A stretch of DNA of 14,567 nt. Origin: an uncultured bacterium (GTDB lineage: Bacteria; T1Sed10-126). The stretch spans positions 3,144 to 17,710 of the forward strand of contig CAZMIT010000027.1 of the NCBI GenBank assembly GCA_964566495.1, written 5' to 3'. The first letter of the stretch is position 1. Each line of letters begins with the position of its first letter. Below are positions 1-7,950 of this stretch, one piece after another. The notes beneath the pieces are model-generated. The model did no database searches, was not told the origin of the DNA, and saw only the letters and a program-made list of their open reading frames with translations. Made by a program: the position numbers and the translations under genes.

Positions 1-39
1 CAAAGAATTTCCTCCAACTGCAACGACTGCTGTAGGCAT
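1..39 (-). CDS. arcC: Carbamate kinase, N-terminal 13 codons (gene runs off the left edge)
   Basis: Reverse complement of 1-39 reads MPTAVVAVGGNSL, matching the carbamate kinase N-terminal VVA(I/L/V)GGN(A/S)L motif. AAGGAGG RBS at 47-53. Lies downstream of two carbamoyltransferases. Not in the supplied ORF track. Confidence 0.8.
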   Translation of the reverse strand, partial: MPTAVVAVGGNSL

Positions 40-154
40 TGTATTGCCTCCTTGGATTTAATGTATTCATTTGTACAGAACAAAAACAAACTCAATTTTG
101 AAATCAAACTATAACTTTACTTCACAGAAAAGTATAAACAATAGGTTTATTAAT

Positions 155-188
155 AAAAACCGGTCCGTGCTATGTGCACGGACCGGTT
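155..188 (-). terminator. Rho-independent terminator after the carbamoyltransferase pair
   Basis: Perfect 13-bp stem AACCGGTCCGTGC (158-170) / GCACGGACCGGTT (176-188) with a 5-nt loop. On the minus strand it ends in a T run (A5 at 155-159), about 33 nt after the stop at 222. Confidence 0.85.
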
Positions 189-221
189 AATTAATCAGAT
201 CTGCATAAACCTGAAACAGGT

Positions 222-1259
222 TTAGCCCATGGAAAGAGCCATGTAGGCTTTTTGGACGTGAAGCCTGTTCTCGGCTATGTCGAGGATGATTGAACGTGGG
301 CCGGAGGCAACTTCATCAGTAGCCTCGTGACGTCTGTCGACCGGCATCGGGTGGGAGAAAAGTCCGTCGTCAGTAAGCTGCATCTTCTCCTCATCACAGA
401 TCCAGTCGGTATGTTTAAGCGCTTTTTCAATCTCCTCTTCCTTCTTAAACTCACCGTCCTGATAAGCGTCACGGCTCATCCAGTTACGGGAGTAGACGAT
501 GTCAGCATCTTCGTAGACGTCAACGGGGTCGTGGTCAATATCAAAACTACCACCGTTTTCTTTGCAGTTCTCCTCGGTCCACTCCACTACCTCCTCATCA
601 AGGTCGTAGCCTTCCGGGTGTGCGACTCGCACATTCATTCCGAGCCGTGAGGAGATAAGCATACTCTCCTGGACGGAACAGTGTGAGCGAGCAAGCGCAC
701 CATGACCCCAGACGTGAGCAATAGTCACATCTTCAAGATCTTTATCAACATGTTTACGGTAGCCCATTACGTCGGCAAGACCCTGACAGGGATGAAAGCG
801 GTCGTGAGCAAAACTAACAAGGGGCTTATCGAGGTACTTATCATACTCGCGCAGTACCTCGTCACCACGGCCATAGCGATCAATTTTATCTTCGAGCATC
901 CGAATGCCCACGCCAGCACCGTAGCGGTTCATAACGCCCGCAACGTCCTCGATTGTCTCGCCGCCCTGTTCTTCCGGGGGTTTGTCAAGCTGCTGCAGGC
1001 GCATACTGCCCGGTTCGATGTAAAGACCGTGTCCACCCAGCTCGGTGGCGGCAATCTCAAAGGATTGCCGGGTGCGCACCGAGGGGTTGTAAAAGAACAT
1101 CAGGAAACTTCGCTGGTCGAGGACTTTGCTGTATTTATCAGCAAAACGATTTTCCTGCATGTCCTCGGCCAGTTCAATAATCTCAATGATCTCATCCCGG
1201 GATAATTCCTGGGTAGTAATCATTGATTTACCGTTAAGACTGCTTTCTCTTAGAGCCAT
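222..1259 (-). CDS. Aspartate/ornithine carbamoyltransferase superfamily protein, non-canonical, substrate unknown (paralog 2)
   Basis: Carbamoyl-phosphate motifs FYNPSVRTRQSFE and HPCQGLAD, C-terminal HPMPVDR and AENRLHVQKA. No OTCase DxxxSMG loop (has YSRNW instead). Starts 1 nt after the upstream stop. Confidence 0.9.
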   Translation of the reverse strand: MALRESSLNGKSMITTQELSRDEIIEIIELAEDMQENRFADKYSKVLDQRSFLMFFYNPSVRTRQSFEIAATELGGHGLYIEPGSMRLQQLDKPPEEQGGETIEDVAGVMNRYGAGVGIRMLEDKIDRYGRGDEVLREYDKYLDKPLVSFAHDRFHPCQGLADVMGYRKHVDKDLEDVTIAHVWGHGALARSHCSVQESMLISSRLGMNVRVAHPEGYDLDEEVVEWTEENCKENGGSFDIDHDPVDVYEDADIVYSRNWMSRDAYQDGEFKKEEEIEKALKHTDWICDEEKMQLTDDGLFSHPMPVDRRHEATDEVASGPRSIILDIAENRLHVQKAYMALSMG

Positions 1260-1260
1260 C

Positions 1261-2301
1261 TCACATCACCAGGCTCATGACAGCTTTTTGAGAGTGCATC
1301 CGGTTTTCAGCCTCGTCAAAGATGACGGACTGAGGTCCGTCCATAACTTCGTTGGAGACCTCCCAGCCGCGGTCAGCGGGCAAGCAGTGCATGTAGAGAG
1401 CGTCGTCCTTTGCGATGTCGAGCATTTCCTGGTCGCACTTCCAGTCCTTGTTTTCCTCAAAGAGCTTTTTCATGCCGGAATCATCGCCCTGGGCGACGTT
1501 TTCAAACTCCGCTTTGGAGCCCCAGCATTTCGGATAAACAACATCAGCGTCTTCAAACGCTTCCTCCATGTCATAACTTACCTCGAAGCTACCGCCAGAC
1601 TTCTCGGCGTAGCCTGCACAAGCATCAGTAATCTCCTCGTCCAATTCAAACCCTTTGGGTTGAGCTTGGACTACGTCCATTCCCATCTTGGTTGCTGCGA
1701 TAATGGCGGACTGAGGAACACTGAGCGGTTTCTCGTAGGATGGGGAGTAAGCCCAGGACATGACAAACTTTTTGTTTTTCAACTGTCCCAACTTTTCTTT
1801 GGCAGTCATCATGTCAGTCAGGGCCTGGCACGGGTGATATTTGTCACATTCCATGTTGAGGATCGGAATGTCAGTCCAGCGAGCAAATTCCTCCATGTAG
1901 TTGTTAGCCTTGCCGTAAACCCAGCCAGTTGGTGGGCCATACATTCGGATGGCAATAGCGTCACCGTAGCGTTCAAGAACGCGAGCTACGTCAGATACGC
2001 GCTCAGTGGAGTAAGCTTTTTCTTCGCCCTCAACGGCCGGCGTATAAATTTTGTCAGACGCCAGAAAATGAGCGTGTCCTCCAAGCTGAGTCATCCCCGA
2101 CTCAAAAGAGTTCCGAGTTCTCAGGGACTGATTGTAAAAGACCATGTAAAGCGACTTGTCCTCTAACAGATGGGAATGCTTTTCTTCCATCGCGAAGCGT
2201 CGCTTCAGGTCAAATCCTACGTCAAGAAAAGTGTTAATCTCCTCTTCAGTGAAATCACGAAGAGTGAGAAAATCTCTACCCCTTAAACTTTTTGTTTGCA
2301 T
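1261..2301 (-). CDS. Carbamoyltransferase with a YgeW-like (knotted-type) acceptor domain (paralog 1)
   Basis: Motifs SLRTRNSFE, HPCQALTD, HCLPADR and EAENRMH. WAYSPSYEKPLSVPQS and EAFEDADVVYPKCW closely resemble E. coli YgeW (WAYSPSYGKPLSVPQG, EAFKDADIVYPKSW, from memory). AGGAGG RBS at 2309-2314. Confidence 0.9.
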   Translation of the reverse strand: MQTKSLRGRDFLTLRDFTEEEINTFLDVGFDLKRRFAMEEKHSHLLEDKSLYMVFYNQSLRTRNSFESGMTQLGGHAHFLASDKIYTPAVEGEEKAYSTERVSDVARVLERYGDAIAIRMYGPPTGWVYGKANNYMEEFARWTDIPILNMECDKYHPCQALTDMMTAKEKLGQLKNKKFVMSWAYSPSYEKPLSVPQSAIIAATKMGMDVVQAQPKGFELDEEITDACAGYAEKSGGSFEVSYDMEEAFEDADVVYPKCWGSKAEFENVAQGDDSGMKKLFEENKDWKCDQEMLDIAKDDALYMHCLPADRGWEVSNEVMDGPQSVIFDEAENRMHSQKAVMSLVM

Positions 2302-2485
2302 AAAAAAGCCTCCTAAAAAAGAATTGAAACGTACTTAAACTAATTTAATAATTTTAAACAGGATAGTTTCATACACTATCGCCTTTAGAAGATTGTGCAA
2401 TCGTTCCCGGTGATTCCAACCAGTCATGTCGGATGGGGATCCGGAGAGTTGTACCTTGCCAGTTAGAATTTATCAGTGACATTAA

Positions 2486-2514
2486 AAGATAAAGATAAAC
2501 TGCCAATATGTCAA
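2486..2514 (-). promoter_or_regulatory. Sigma70-type promoter for the carbamoyltransferase operon
   Basis: Minus strand TTGACA (2514-2509), 17-nt spacer, TATCTT (2491-2486). Implies a start near 2479 and a leader of about 178 nt. Confidence 0.65.
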
Positions 2515-2604
2515 GACAAAAACGAGTAAATTACCAATATATTCACTTTTTACGTAAAAATCATTCTTAAATGCTCTGTTAATCTCTTTTTGTATTTGTT
2601 TAGC

Positions 2605-2710
2605 GCCCCCATCTTTTCTCCACCAATGGGGGAGAAAATACAAAAGAGGGGGGGCATTTATCTAGTGTACCCCCTCACCCTAACCCTCTCCCCCAGGGTG
2701 GGAGAGGGGA
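2605..2710. repeat. Inverted pair of BoxC-like palindromic extragenic repeats; may also terminate or stabilise the nuo-like transcript
   Basis: 2670-2710 CCCCCTCACCCTAACCCTCTCCCCCAGGGTGGGAGAGGGGA resembles the BoxC-type repeat (stem 2684-2692/2700-2708). An inverted, diverged copy at about 2614-2652 has the same spacing and its own stem TTTTCTCC/GGAGAAAA. Confidence 0.65.
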
Positions 2711-2789
2711 TTAATGGGGTCAGCCGGTATCGAAGCAAGTAAGGCCTGAAGTTGAAAAAAATTGGGCAGAGTGATCCTTTTGTCAGAAA

Positions 2790-4172
2790 TTACTCTATCA
2801 AAAGGTGGCGAATATAATAAGCAATTGGTTTTGTCAAAAACATCAGACTGACAGTCAAAATCAAAGAAGTTATTAAGCTTAGTTTTAAAAACATTTTTCC
2901 GGCAACTACCTTTAAGTCAGTTTCGCATTCAGTACTCAGGGCAAGCGGATAATTCCGGGCAGTTTTCATGCAGTAAGCAAGGAGCAGCAAATAGCCGGGG
3001 AGAAAAAGAAGAAAGTAGATAATTGTAGGTGAAGTTATAAGTGCGCTCGCGAAAATAAGTTTAGTAACATAGCCAATCGTCGGCGGTAGAAAGCCAAGAC
3101 TCAGCCAGAGGAAGGCCCAGGCCAGCTGACTGCCGCCGGGATCTGTGTCGGGGTTGATAATATCATGTAATCTACGTCTATCGCCCGGGTTGTAAAGAGA
3201 TATTAGCGAGATCAAACCAATCAGACAAATAAGGGACATCAACAGAACAAGCAATACCGGCGGTTGAGCCTTTAAGGGTTGAAGAGCGAGCGGGAGAAAA
3301 AATAGTCCCAGTTGCGCGAGTAAGAAGCTGCTAAAACCACGCTTAAAATTATTCTGGGCGAGAGCGTGCAAGAGTGGGATGAGCAAGCTGAATAATGAGA
3401 AACCAGTTACCACGATGGTCCATTCTGTTGAGGCCTGGGGAACATAAATTCTCAAAACACGGAAGGTAAAGAACAGAACGGCAATTCTGTAAGAAGTAGC
3501 AATAGCTGTGGTGACGGGCATCGGTGCAGCTTCCAGCCAGTCTAAGTGCCAGAAATAAAATGGCCCCAGGCCAAGTTTGTGGGCAATAGCCAGGAAGAGT
3601 AACAAAATAGGCAAGATATTGTCCGAAGACAGATTAACGGGTTGTGCAGCTAAGTGGAAGGATTCAAAATGAGAGTAAAAATAGAAAAGCACCAGAAGAA
3701 GGACCATCGTGCCCGCCAGGTTATGAAACAAGAATCGATAACCAGCTTCCAGAGTTATTTTTTTATCGGCACTCAAGCCCATAAATAGAAGTGAAATTAG
3801 TGTCAGTTCCAGACCTACTAAAAAGGCAAGCAGATTGTAAGAATGAACAACAAGATAGAGGCCAAGTGTTGACGTAATAAAAAAGAAATAAACAAACTGT
3901 TTCCTTTTGTTTGTTTGTTTCGAGAAAATTTTTAATATTCCCAGTATAAAAACTTGAAAAATTAATACCAGGGAAAAACCAAAATTAGAGAGCCGATCAA
4001 AACGCAGGGTCCCCACTTCTCCTCTATCCCCGTTGATAATAACCAGAACCAGTAGAGTGAGGAGACAGATCAGGACCAGTCCCCGTCGCTTTGGGAACAT
4101 GGTGGCCCAGAAGAAGCAGAAAATTGCAGCGAATAACAATATCAAAACGGAAGCGGGAAAAAATATAGTCAT
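2790..4172 (-). CDS. nuoN: Complex I NuoN-like antiporter-type membrane subunit (divergent)
   Basis: Very hydrophobic. Motifs LVGLEL (TM5 Glu), EAGYRF, HKLGLGPFYFW..D..EAAP (TM7 Lys), AQNNFKR and SLGFLPPTIGYVTK (TM12 Lys). Last gene of the J-K-L-M-N run. GAGGAG RBS at 4182-4187. Confidence 0.85.
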   Translation of the reverse strand: MTIFFPASVLILLFAAIFCFFWATMFPKRRGLVLICLLTLLVLVIINGDRGEVGTLRFDRLSNFGFSLVLIFQVFILGILKIFSKQTNKRKQFVYFFFITSTLGLYLVVHSYNLLAFLVGLELTLISLLFMGLSADKKITLEAGYRFLFHNLAGTMVLLLVLFYFYSHFESFHLAAQPVNLSSDNILPILLLFLAIAHKLGLGPFYFWHLDWLEAAPMPVTTAIATSYRIAVLFFTFRVLRIYVPQASTEWTIVVTGFSLFSLLIPLLHALAQNNFKRGFSSFLLAQLGLFFLPLALQPLKAQPPVLLVLLMSLICLIGLISLISLYNPGDRRRLHDIINPDTDPGGSQLAWAFLWLSLGFLPPTIGYVTKLIFASALITSPTIIYFLLFLPGYLLLLAYCMKTARNYPLALSTECETDLKVVAGKMFLKLSLITSLILTVSLMFLTKPIAYYIRHLLIE

Positions 4173-4175
4173 CCT

Positions 4176-5684
4176 TTAGTGCTCCTCGTGACCGTCTGCC
4201 GGACGCACTTTTGGCTCGACCGTTTCTAGTGCCATATATTCCCTGACGTCCTCGATTAGTGGTGTGAAAAATCGTCCTGGAATTATGCCGGTCAGAACCA
4301 GCAGCACAAGCAAAATGTAGAGGACCGGTTTAATTCCCCGGCAGGATAAATTAACTGTTGAATCGAGAGGAAAATTGTTGTAGAGAAGTTTGAGACAGTA
4401 AATAGTTAAGAGAAACTGGGTCGCCAAAGAAAAAATAGCCGGTAGCCAGCCAACCAGCAGCAGCTCACGTAAAACCAGTAAATAGGCGGGAAAAAAGGCA
4501 GACCCCACCAGTCCGCTTATGCTAAATAAAATTAGCCCAAAGAGAATAAAAAGCTGCCAGTCGGCGGTGAAAATAATTTGTAGACCATTGCAAGTCTCTT
4601 CTTCCCTTCTCGTTTTTATAATTTTGTCTACCAAAATCATTGCCAGCAGCACAAGGGAGACAAGTAAAGCCAGGAATATAGCTGATGCGGCGGCCGTGGA
4701 TTTGCCCACAAAGAGGGTGGCAAATGAGCTGCCGAAGCCGGCCATGGCAATCCACTCGATCGAAGAACTGTAATTTGTTGCTCGAAACGCAAGCAGTGCC
4801 CCGTAAAATCCACCCAGAGAAGCAAGAGTAACTAAAATCCAACGGGAATCTTCGAGCAGGGGAAGCAAAAACCGGCTCAGCCCATAAACGGTGGCCGGGG
4901 GGAGCAAGACAATTAGAGAAAGACGTTCAAGAAAATTTTGTTCTTGTCTCCTTGTGAGCAGAGAATGAAACGGAAATAAGAGACTGACCGGTAAAAAGGC
5001 AAATAATATCAGATAAAAAATCACGCCGCGGTTATTAGTGACGTTAGTTAGTTCTGTCAAGAATTCAAAAGACAAGTTGGCTTCTCCAAGTAAATCGCCG
5101 GTATGCTGAGAAAAAATAATTATTACGAGCAGCAGCAGAGAGCTGCAGAAAAGTTTTAAAACAGCCGGAGCGGCAAATATATCTCGCTGATACAGAGTGT
5201 TCCTACTGCTATTCGCAAAATGGGTAAAGATGAGAACGAGTTCCCAGAATATCAAAAAAGCAATTAAATTTTGACTTAAGAAAAGACCTAAATAACTGGT
5301 GGTTAACAGCAATAGCAGCGGATAATTAACAAGCTCCCCTATTTGTTTTTCTTCCAGAGATATCAACAGTAGGAGGATCATGGATAAACTGACAAAACTG
5401 GCCATCAGCAGACCAACAAAATGTGCTTTTAGATGAAATTTACCGCCGAGACCAATTTCTGGCCAGGCGATCGAAAATTCAAGCAGCATTTGATTGAAAA
5501 ATAAACTATCTGAAACTCTATTTACTTGCCAGAGTAATACAAGCAAAAGCATCAAGAGTGTTGTTAAGCCGGTAAAAGTAATTGGTGCGGCGAGCCGCTT
5601 AATTTGTGCCGAACCGGACCTGCGGCAGTAAAAACAAAACACTGAAAGAATCAACGGTAACAGGAGCAAAAACAATAAGAGCAT
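4176..5684 (-). CDS. nuoM: Complex I NuoM-like antiporter-type membrane subunit (highly divergent)
   Basis: 502 aa, polytopic. Motifs GLFLSQNLIAFLIFWELVL, LFPFHS, VYGLSRFLLP and GIIPGRF. Sits between nuoL and nuoN. AGGAGGTG at 5698-5705, somewhat far from the ATG. Confidence 0.8.
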   Translation of the reverse strand: MLLLFLLLLPLILSVFCFYCRRSGSAQIKRLAAPITFTGLTTLLMLLLVLLWQVNRVSDSLFFNQMLLEFSIAWPEIGLGGKFHLKAHFVGLLMASFVSLSMILLLLISLEEKQIGELVNYPLLLLLTTSYLGLFLSQNLIAFLIFWELVLIFTHFANSSRNTLYQRDIFAAPAVLKLFCSSLLLLVIIIFSQHTGDLLGEANLSFEFLTELTNVTNNRGVIFYLILFAFLPVSLLFPFHSLLTRRQEQNFLERLSLIVLLPPATVYGLSRFLLPLLEDSRWILVTLASLGGFYGALLAFRATNYSSSIEWIAMAGFGSSFATLFVGKSTAAASAIFLALLVSLVLLAMILVDKIIKTRREEETCNGLQIIFTADWQLFILFGLILFSISGLVGSAFFPAYLLVLRELLLVGWLPAIFSLATQFLLTIYCLKLLYNNFPLDSTVNLSCRGIKPVLYILLVLLVLTGIIPGRFFTPLIEDVREYMALETVEPKVRPADGHEEH

Positions 5685-5730
5685 CGATTAGTTTTCACAC
5701 CTCCTGATAAGCAAATTTTTAAAATCTCGC

Positions 5731-7524
5731 TTACCTGATAAAATAAAGTACCAAAAAAACTACAATTATCGTGACCAACGTATAGTTGAGATAATGAACT
5801 GTTTTTCCGGTATGCAAAAATCGGATCAAAATTTCGGAAAGTTTGATTATAAAGTTTGGCAGCAGCCAGAGTGGTGTTAATACATTTTTTTCAAAAAATG
5901 ATACAAAGCCTGAGCTTTTTTCCAAAACTAAGTCAAATAGCCGGGTCAAAACTGTGGACAGACTTTTGGTTTTAATCTTGAATGGCAGCCGGTCAGGAAT
6001 AAAATCATCGCCGGGGGATAGTTGTGATTGTAATTTTTTATAAATTATTGCCGGCACAGCAACTGTTATAATGAGCAGTAACGTATAGATAGTTACATGA
6101 CCGATTCGTCCGGTTGGTGGCATAATAATTTGTTCAAATAAAGGCAGGTATGCAAGAAGGCCGCCGAACAAAACAAAGAATGAAATAGCCAGGGCGGGCA
6201 CGGGGTCATAAAGTTTCTTTTCTTTTACCCGACTGGTTGTCTCCGGTTTCGCCATAAATAAGCCAGACGCAACTCGGGCTGCTGAAAAAGCGATGAGAAT
6301 AAAAGCTAAATAGATAAAAGGAAAAATTAAGAAACCTTCCGGTTGATTGGTCAGGGCGGCTATCAGAGCTGAATTAGCCCAGAAACCACTCAGAGGTGGC
6401 AGGCCGGTCTGGCTGATCAAACCAAGAACAACCAGCCAGCCGGCGAACGGGAATATAAGCCCCTGCCCCTGGAAATTACCCGCTCGCCTGGAACCGCTGG
6501 TTAGTATTCCTCCGCCGGCGAAGGCAAGCAGTCGTCCGGCGGTTTGGAGTATAAAATAATAAATCGCTGCCCGGTGGTGACCAAAGAGAGAAAAAACCAG
6601 GCTGATAGATATGTGAGCTACTGAAAGGTGGAAGAGAATGTAGTTTAATTTTTTATAGAAAATGCTATTGAGAATCGCGTATAAAAAAGTGATAATGATA
6701 AAGAATAGTAACAGGCTGAAAACAAAAAAGGATTGTTTGAATAAAAAATCATAGCGCAAAAATAGGTAGAGCCCGGTTGGAAGAGGCAAAATCAGACTGT
6801 AGAAAACAGTTAACGATAAGTGAGACTTAAGTCCGTTTTCAAACCAGTTGGTGAACGGGAACAGGCCGGTTCGGATTAGTCCGGCGAAGCCGAATACCAG
6901 TGGTATTATGGGGCTAAATTCAGATATCGTATTCCCCGACAAAATAGGTGTCGCCGAGCCGGTTTCAATGAAAAGAAAAACTGCCCCAGCGACCAGCAAT
7001 AAATCACTCAGCCGGTTGAGTAAGAACAGTTTGAGATCGACGCCACTGTTATTATGCCCGAGAAATAGAAAAACCAGGGAAGTTAATAACCAACCGGCGA
7101 GAAATAAAACTAAATCCCCGGCCAGAAAGAAAATCAGCCCGCCAATTACCAGCAGATCAATTAATAGGTCATCTTGCTGTTGTTCGTCGCCAGTCTCATT
7201 TGCGCGGGGGAGAAGAAAAATCAAAAATCGTAGAGAAGTCACGAAAACAACAAACAGTCCGGCCAGGTCATCGAGGAAAAAAGTCAGCCTGAAATTAATC
7301 TGACCAACGCTTAAAAACTCGTAAAGCTCCCTGATGAAGGTTCCTTGGAGAGTTATTTGTAGCCAGACGGAGAACAGTGCAGCAAGGAAATAGATTATTA
7401 AAGCAATCACTTCAATTAATTTAAATTTTTCTCGCCCCAGCAACAGCAAACGAACAAAAATTGCACCCAGGTAAAGAAGAAATATGGTTGTTAGAAACAG
7501 ACCAGTCAAATTTATATCTACCAT
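5731..7524 (-). CDS. nuoL: Complex I NuoL-like antiporter-type membrane subunit (highly divergent)
   Basis: 597 aa. Motifs FFLDDLA, AGDLVLFLAGW, FLLNRLSD, FPFTNW, TGLYLFLR, GLPPLSGFW and a C-terminal LHTGKTVHY plus final TM helix typical of the NuoL QTG..Y tail. Overlaps the nuoK stop. Confidence 0.85.
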   Translation of the reverse strand: MVDINLTGLFLTTIFLLYLGAIFVRLLLLGREKFKLIEVIALIIYFLAALFSVWLQITLQGTFIRELYEFLSVGQINFRLTFFLDDLAGLFVVFVTSLRFLIFLLPRANETGDEQQQDDLLIDLLVIGGLIFFLAGDLVLFLAGWLLTSLVFLFLGHNNSGVDLKLFLLNRLSDLLLVAGAVFLFIETGSATPILSGNTISEFSPIIPLVFGFAGLIRTGLFPFTNWFENGLKSHLSLTVFYSLILPLPTGLYLFLRYDFLFKQSFFVFSLLLFFIIITFLYAILNSIFYKKLNYILFHLSVAHISISLVFSLFGHHRAAIYYFILQTAGRLLAFAGGGILTSGSRRAGNFQGQGLIFPFAGWLVVLGLISQTGLPPLSGFWANSALIAALTNQPEGFLIFPFIYLAFILIAFSAARVASGLFMAKPETTSRVKEKKLYDPVPALAISFFVLFGGLLAYLPLFEQIIMPPTGRIGHVTIYTLLLIITVAVPAIIYKKLQSQLSPGDDFIPDRLPFKIKTKSLSTVLTRLFDLVLEKSSGFVSFFEKNVLTPLWLLPNFIIKLSEILIRFLHTGKTVHYLNYTLVTIIVVFLVLYFIR

Positions 7525-7811
7525 TTTAAACTCCCCTTCTCCTCTCCACCCTCCTGGCTATTTTTCAGCTGCAGTAGGGTAAATAATGTGAAGAGCGTTA
7601 ATTGGCTAACAAAAACCAGGGAAATAAAGAAGAATAACACCCTGTAATTCGTCAGACTAAGAAAATGACCGAGAGCAACCAGTACAAATAGAGTCGCCGC
7701 CTGGAGGAGCAGAAAAAATTGCGGCCGGTAAGCGGGATCATTCCTGATGATAAGACCGTATACCCCAAGGCTAAAAAGAATCAGACCAAGAAGCAAATAA
7801 TAGATTAACAT
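7518..7811 (-). CDS. nuoK: Complex I NuoK-like 3-TM subunit (divergent)
   Basis: 97 aa. N-terminus YLLLGLILFSLGVYGLIIRN matches NuoK TM1. C-terminal LKW. AGGAGA RBS at 7818-7823. Position between J and L. Confidence 0.8.
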   Translation of the reverse strand: MLIYYLLLGLILFSLGVYGLIIRNDPAYRPQFFLLLQAATLFVLVALGHFLSLTNYRVLFFFISLVFVSQLTLFTLFTLLQLKNSQEGGEEKGSLKW

Positions 7812-7950
7812 TTTAGCTCTCCTATGTTGTTAATTTATCCAGGTCCCGCGCTAACCACCGATTACCGAAGACCGAACTTTACCTTGTATTTTCTTCCTCA
7901 TTGAGAAAGAAAATTTGGGAGACACTGAATAGGTGCAAAAAAGTTTTAGC

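Noticed and set aside
53..71. ArgR (ARG) box upstream of carbamate kinase
   Set aside because: TGGAT...ATTCA half-sites are 7 nt apart rather than the 4 nt of an ARG box.
1126..2166. 346-aa plus-strand ORF, and ORFs 327-650 and 702-1205
   Set aside because: Antisense shadows of well-supported carbamoyltransferase genes with no recognisable motifs.
222..2301. Assigning argF/arcB or pyrB gene symbols
   Set aside because: OTCase-specific DxxxSMG and GDGxNN motifs and ATCase-specific motifs are absent. The terminal LSMG of paralog 2 is not at the SMG-loop position.
2395..2460. Known riboswitch, tRNA or SRP RNA
   Set aside because: No recognisable consensus of guanidine-I to IV, purine, lysine, T-box, SRP or tRNA elements. 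Kept only as an unassigned structured leader.
2790..7811. Mrp Na+/H+ antiporter operon
   Set aside because: No MrpB/E/F/G-like genes. NuoC, D and H homologs are present and the order matches nuo.
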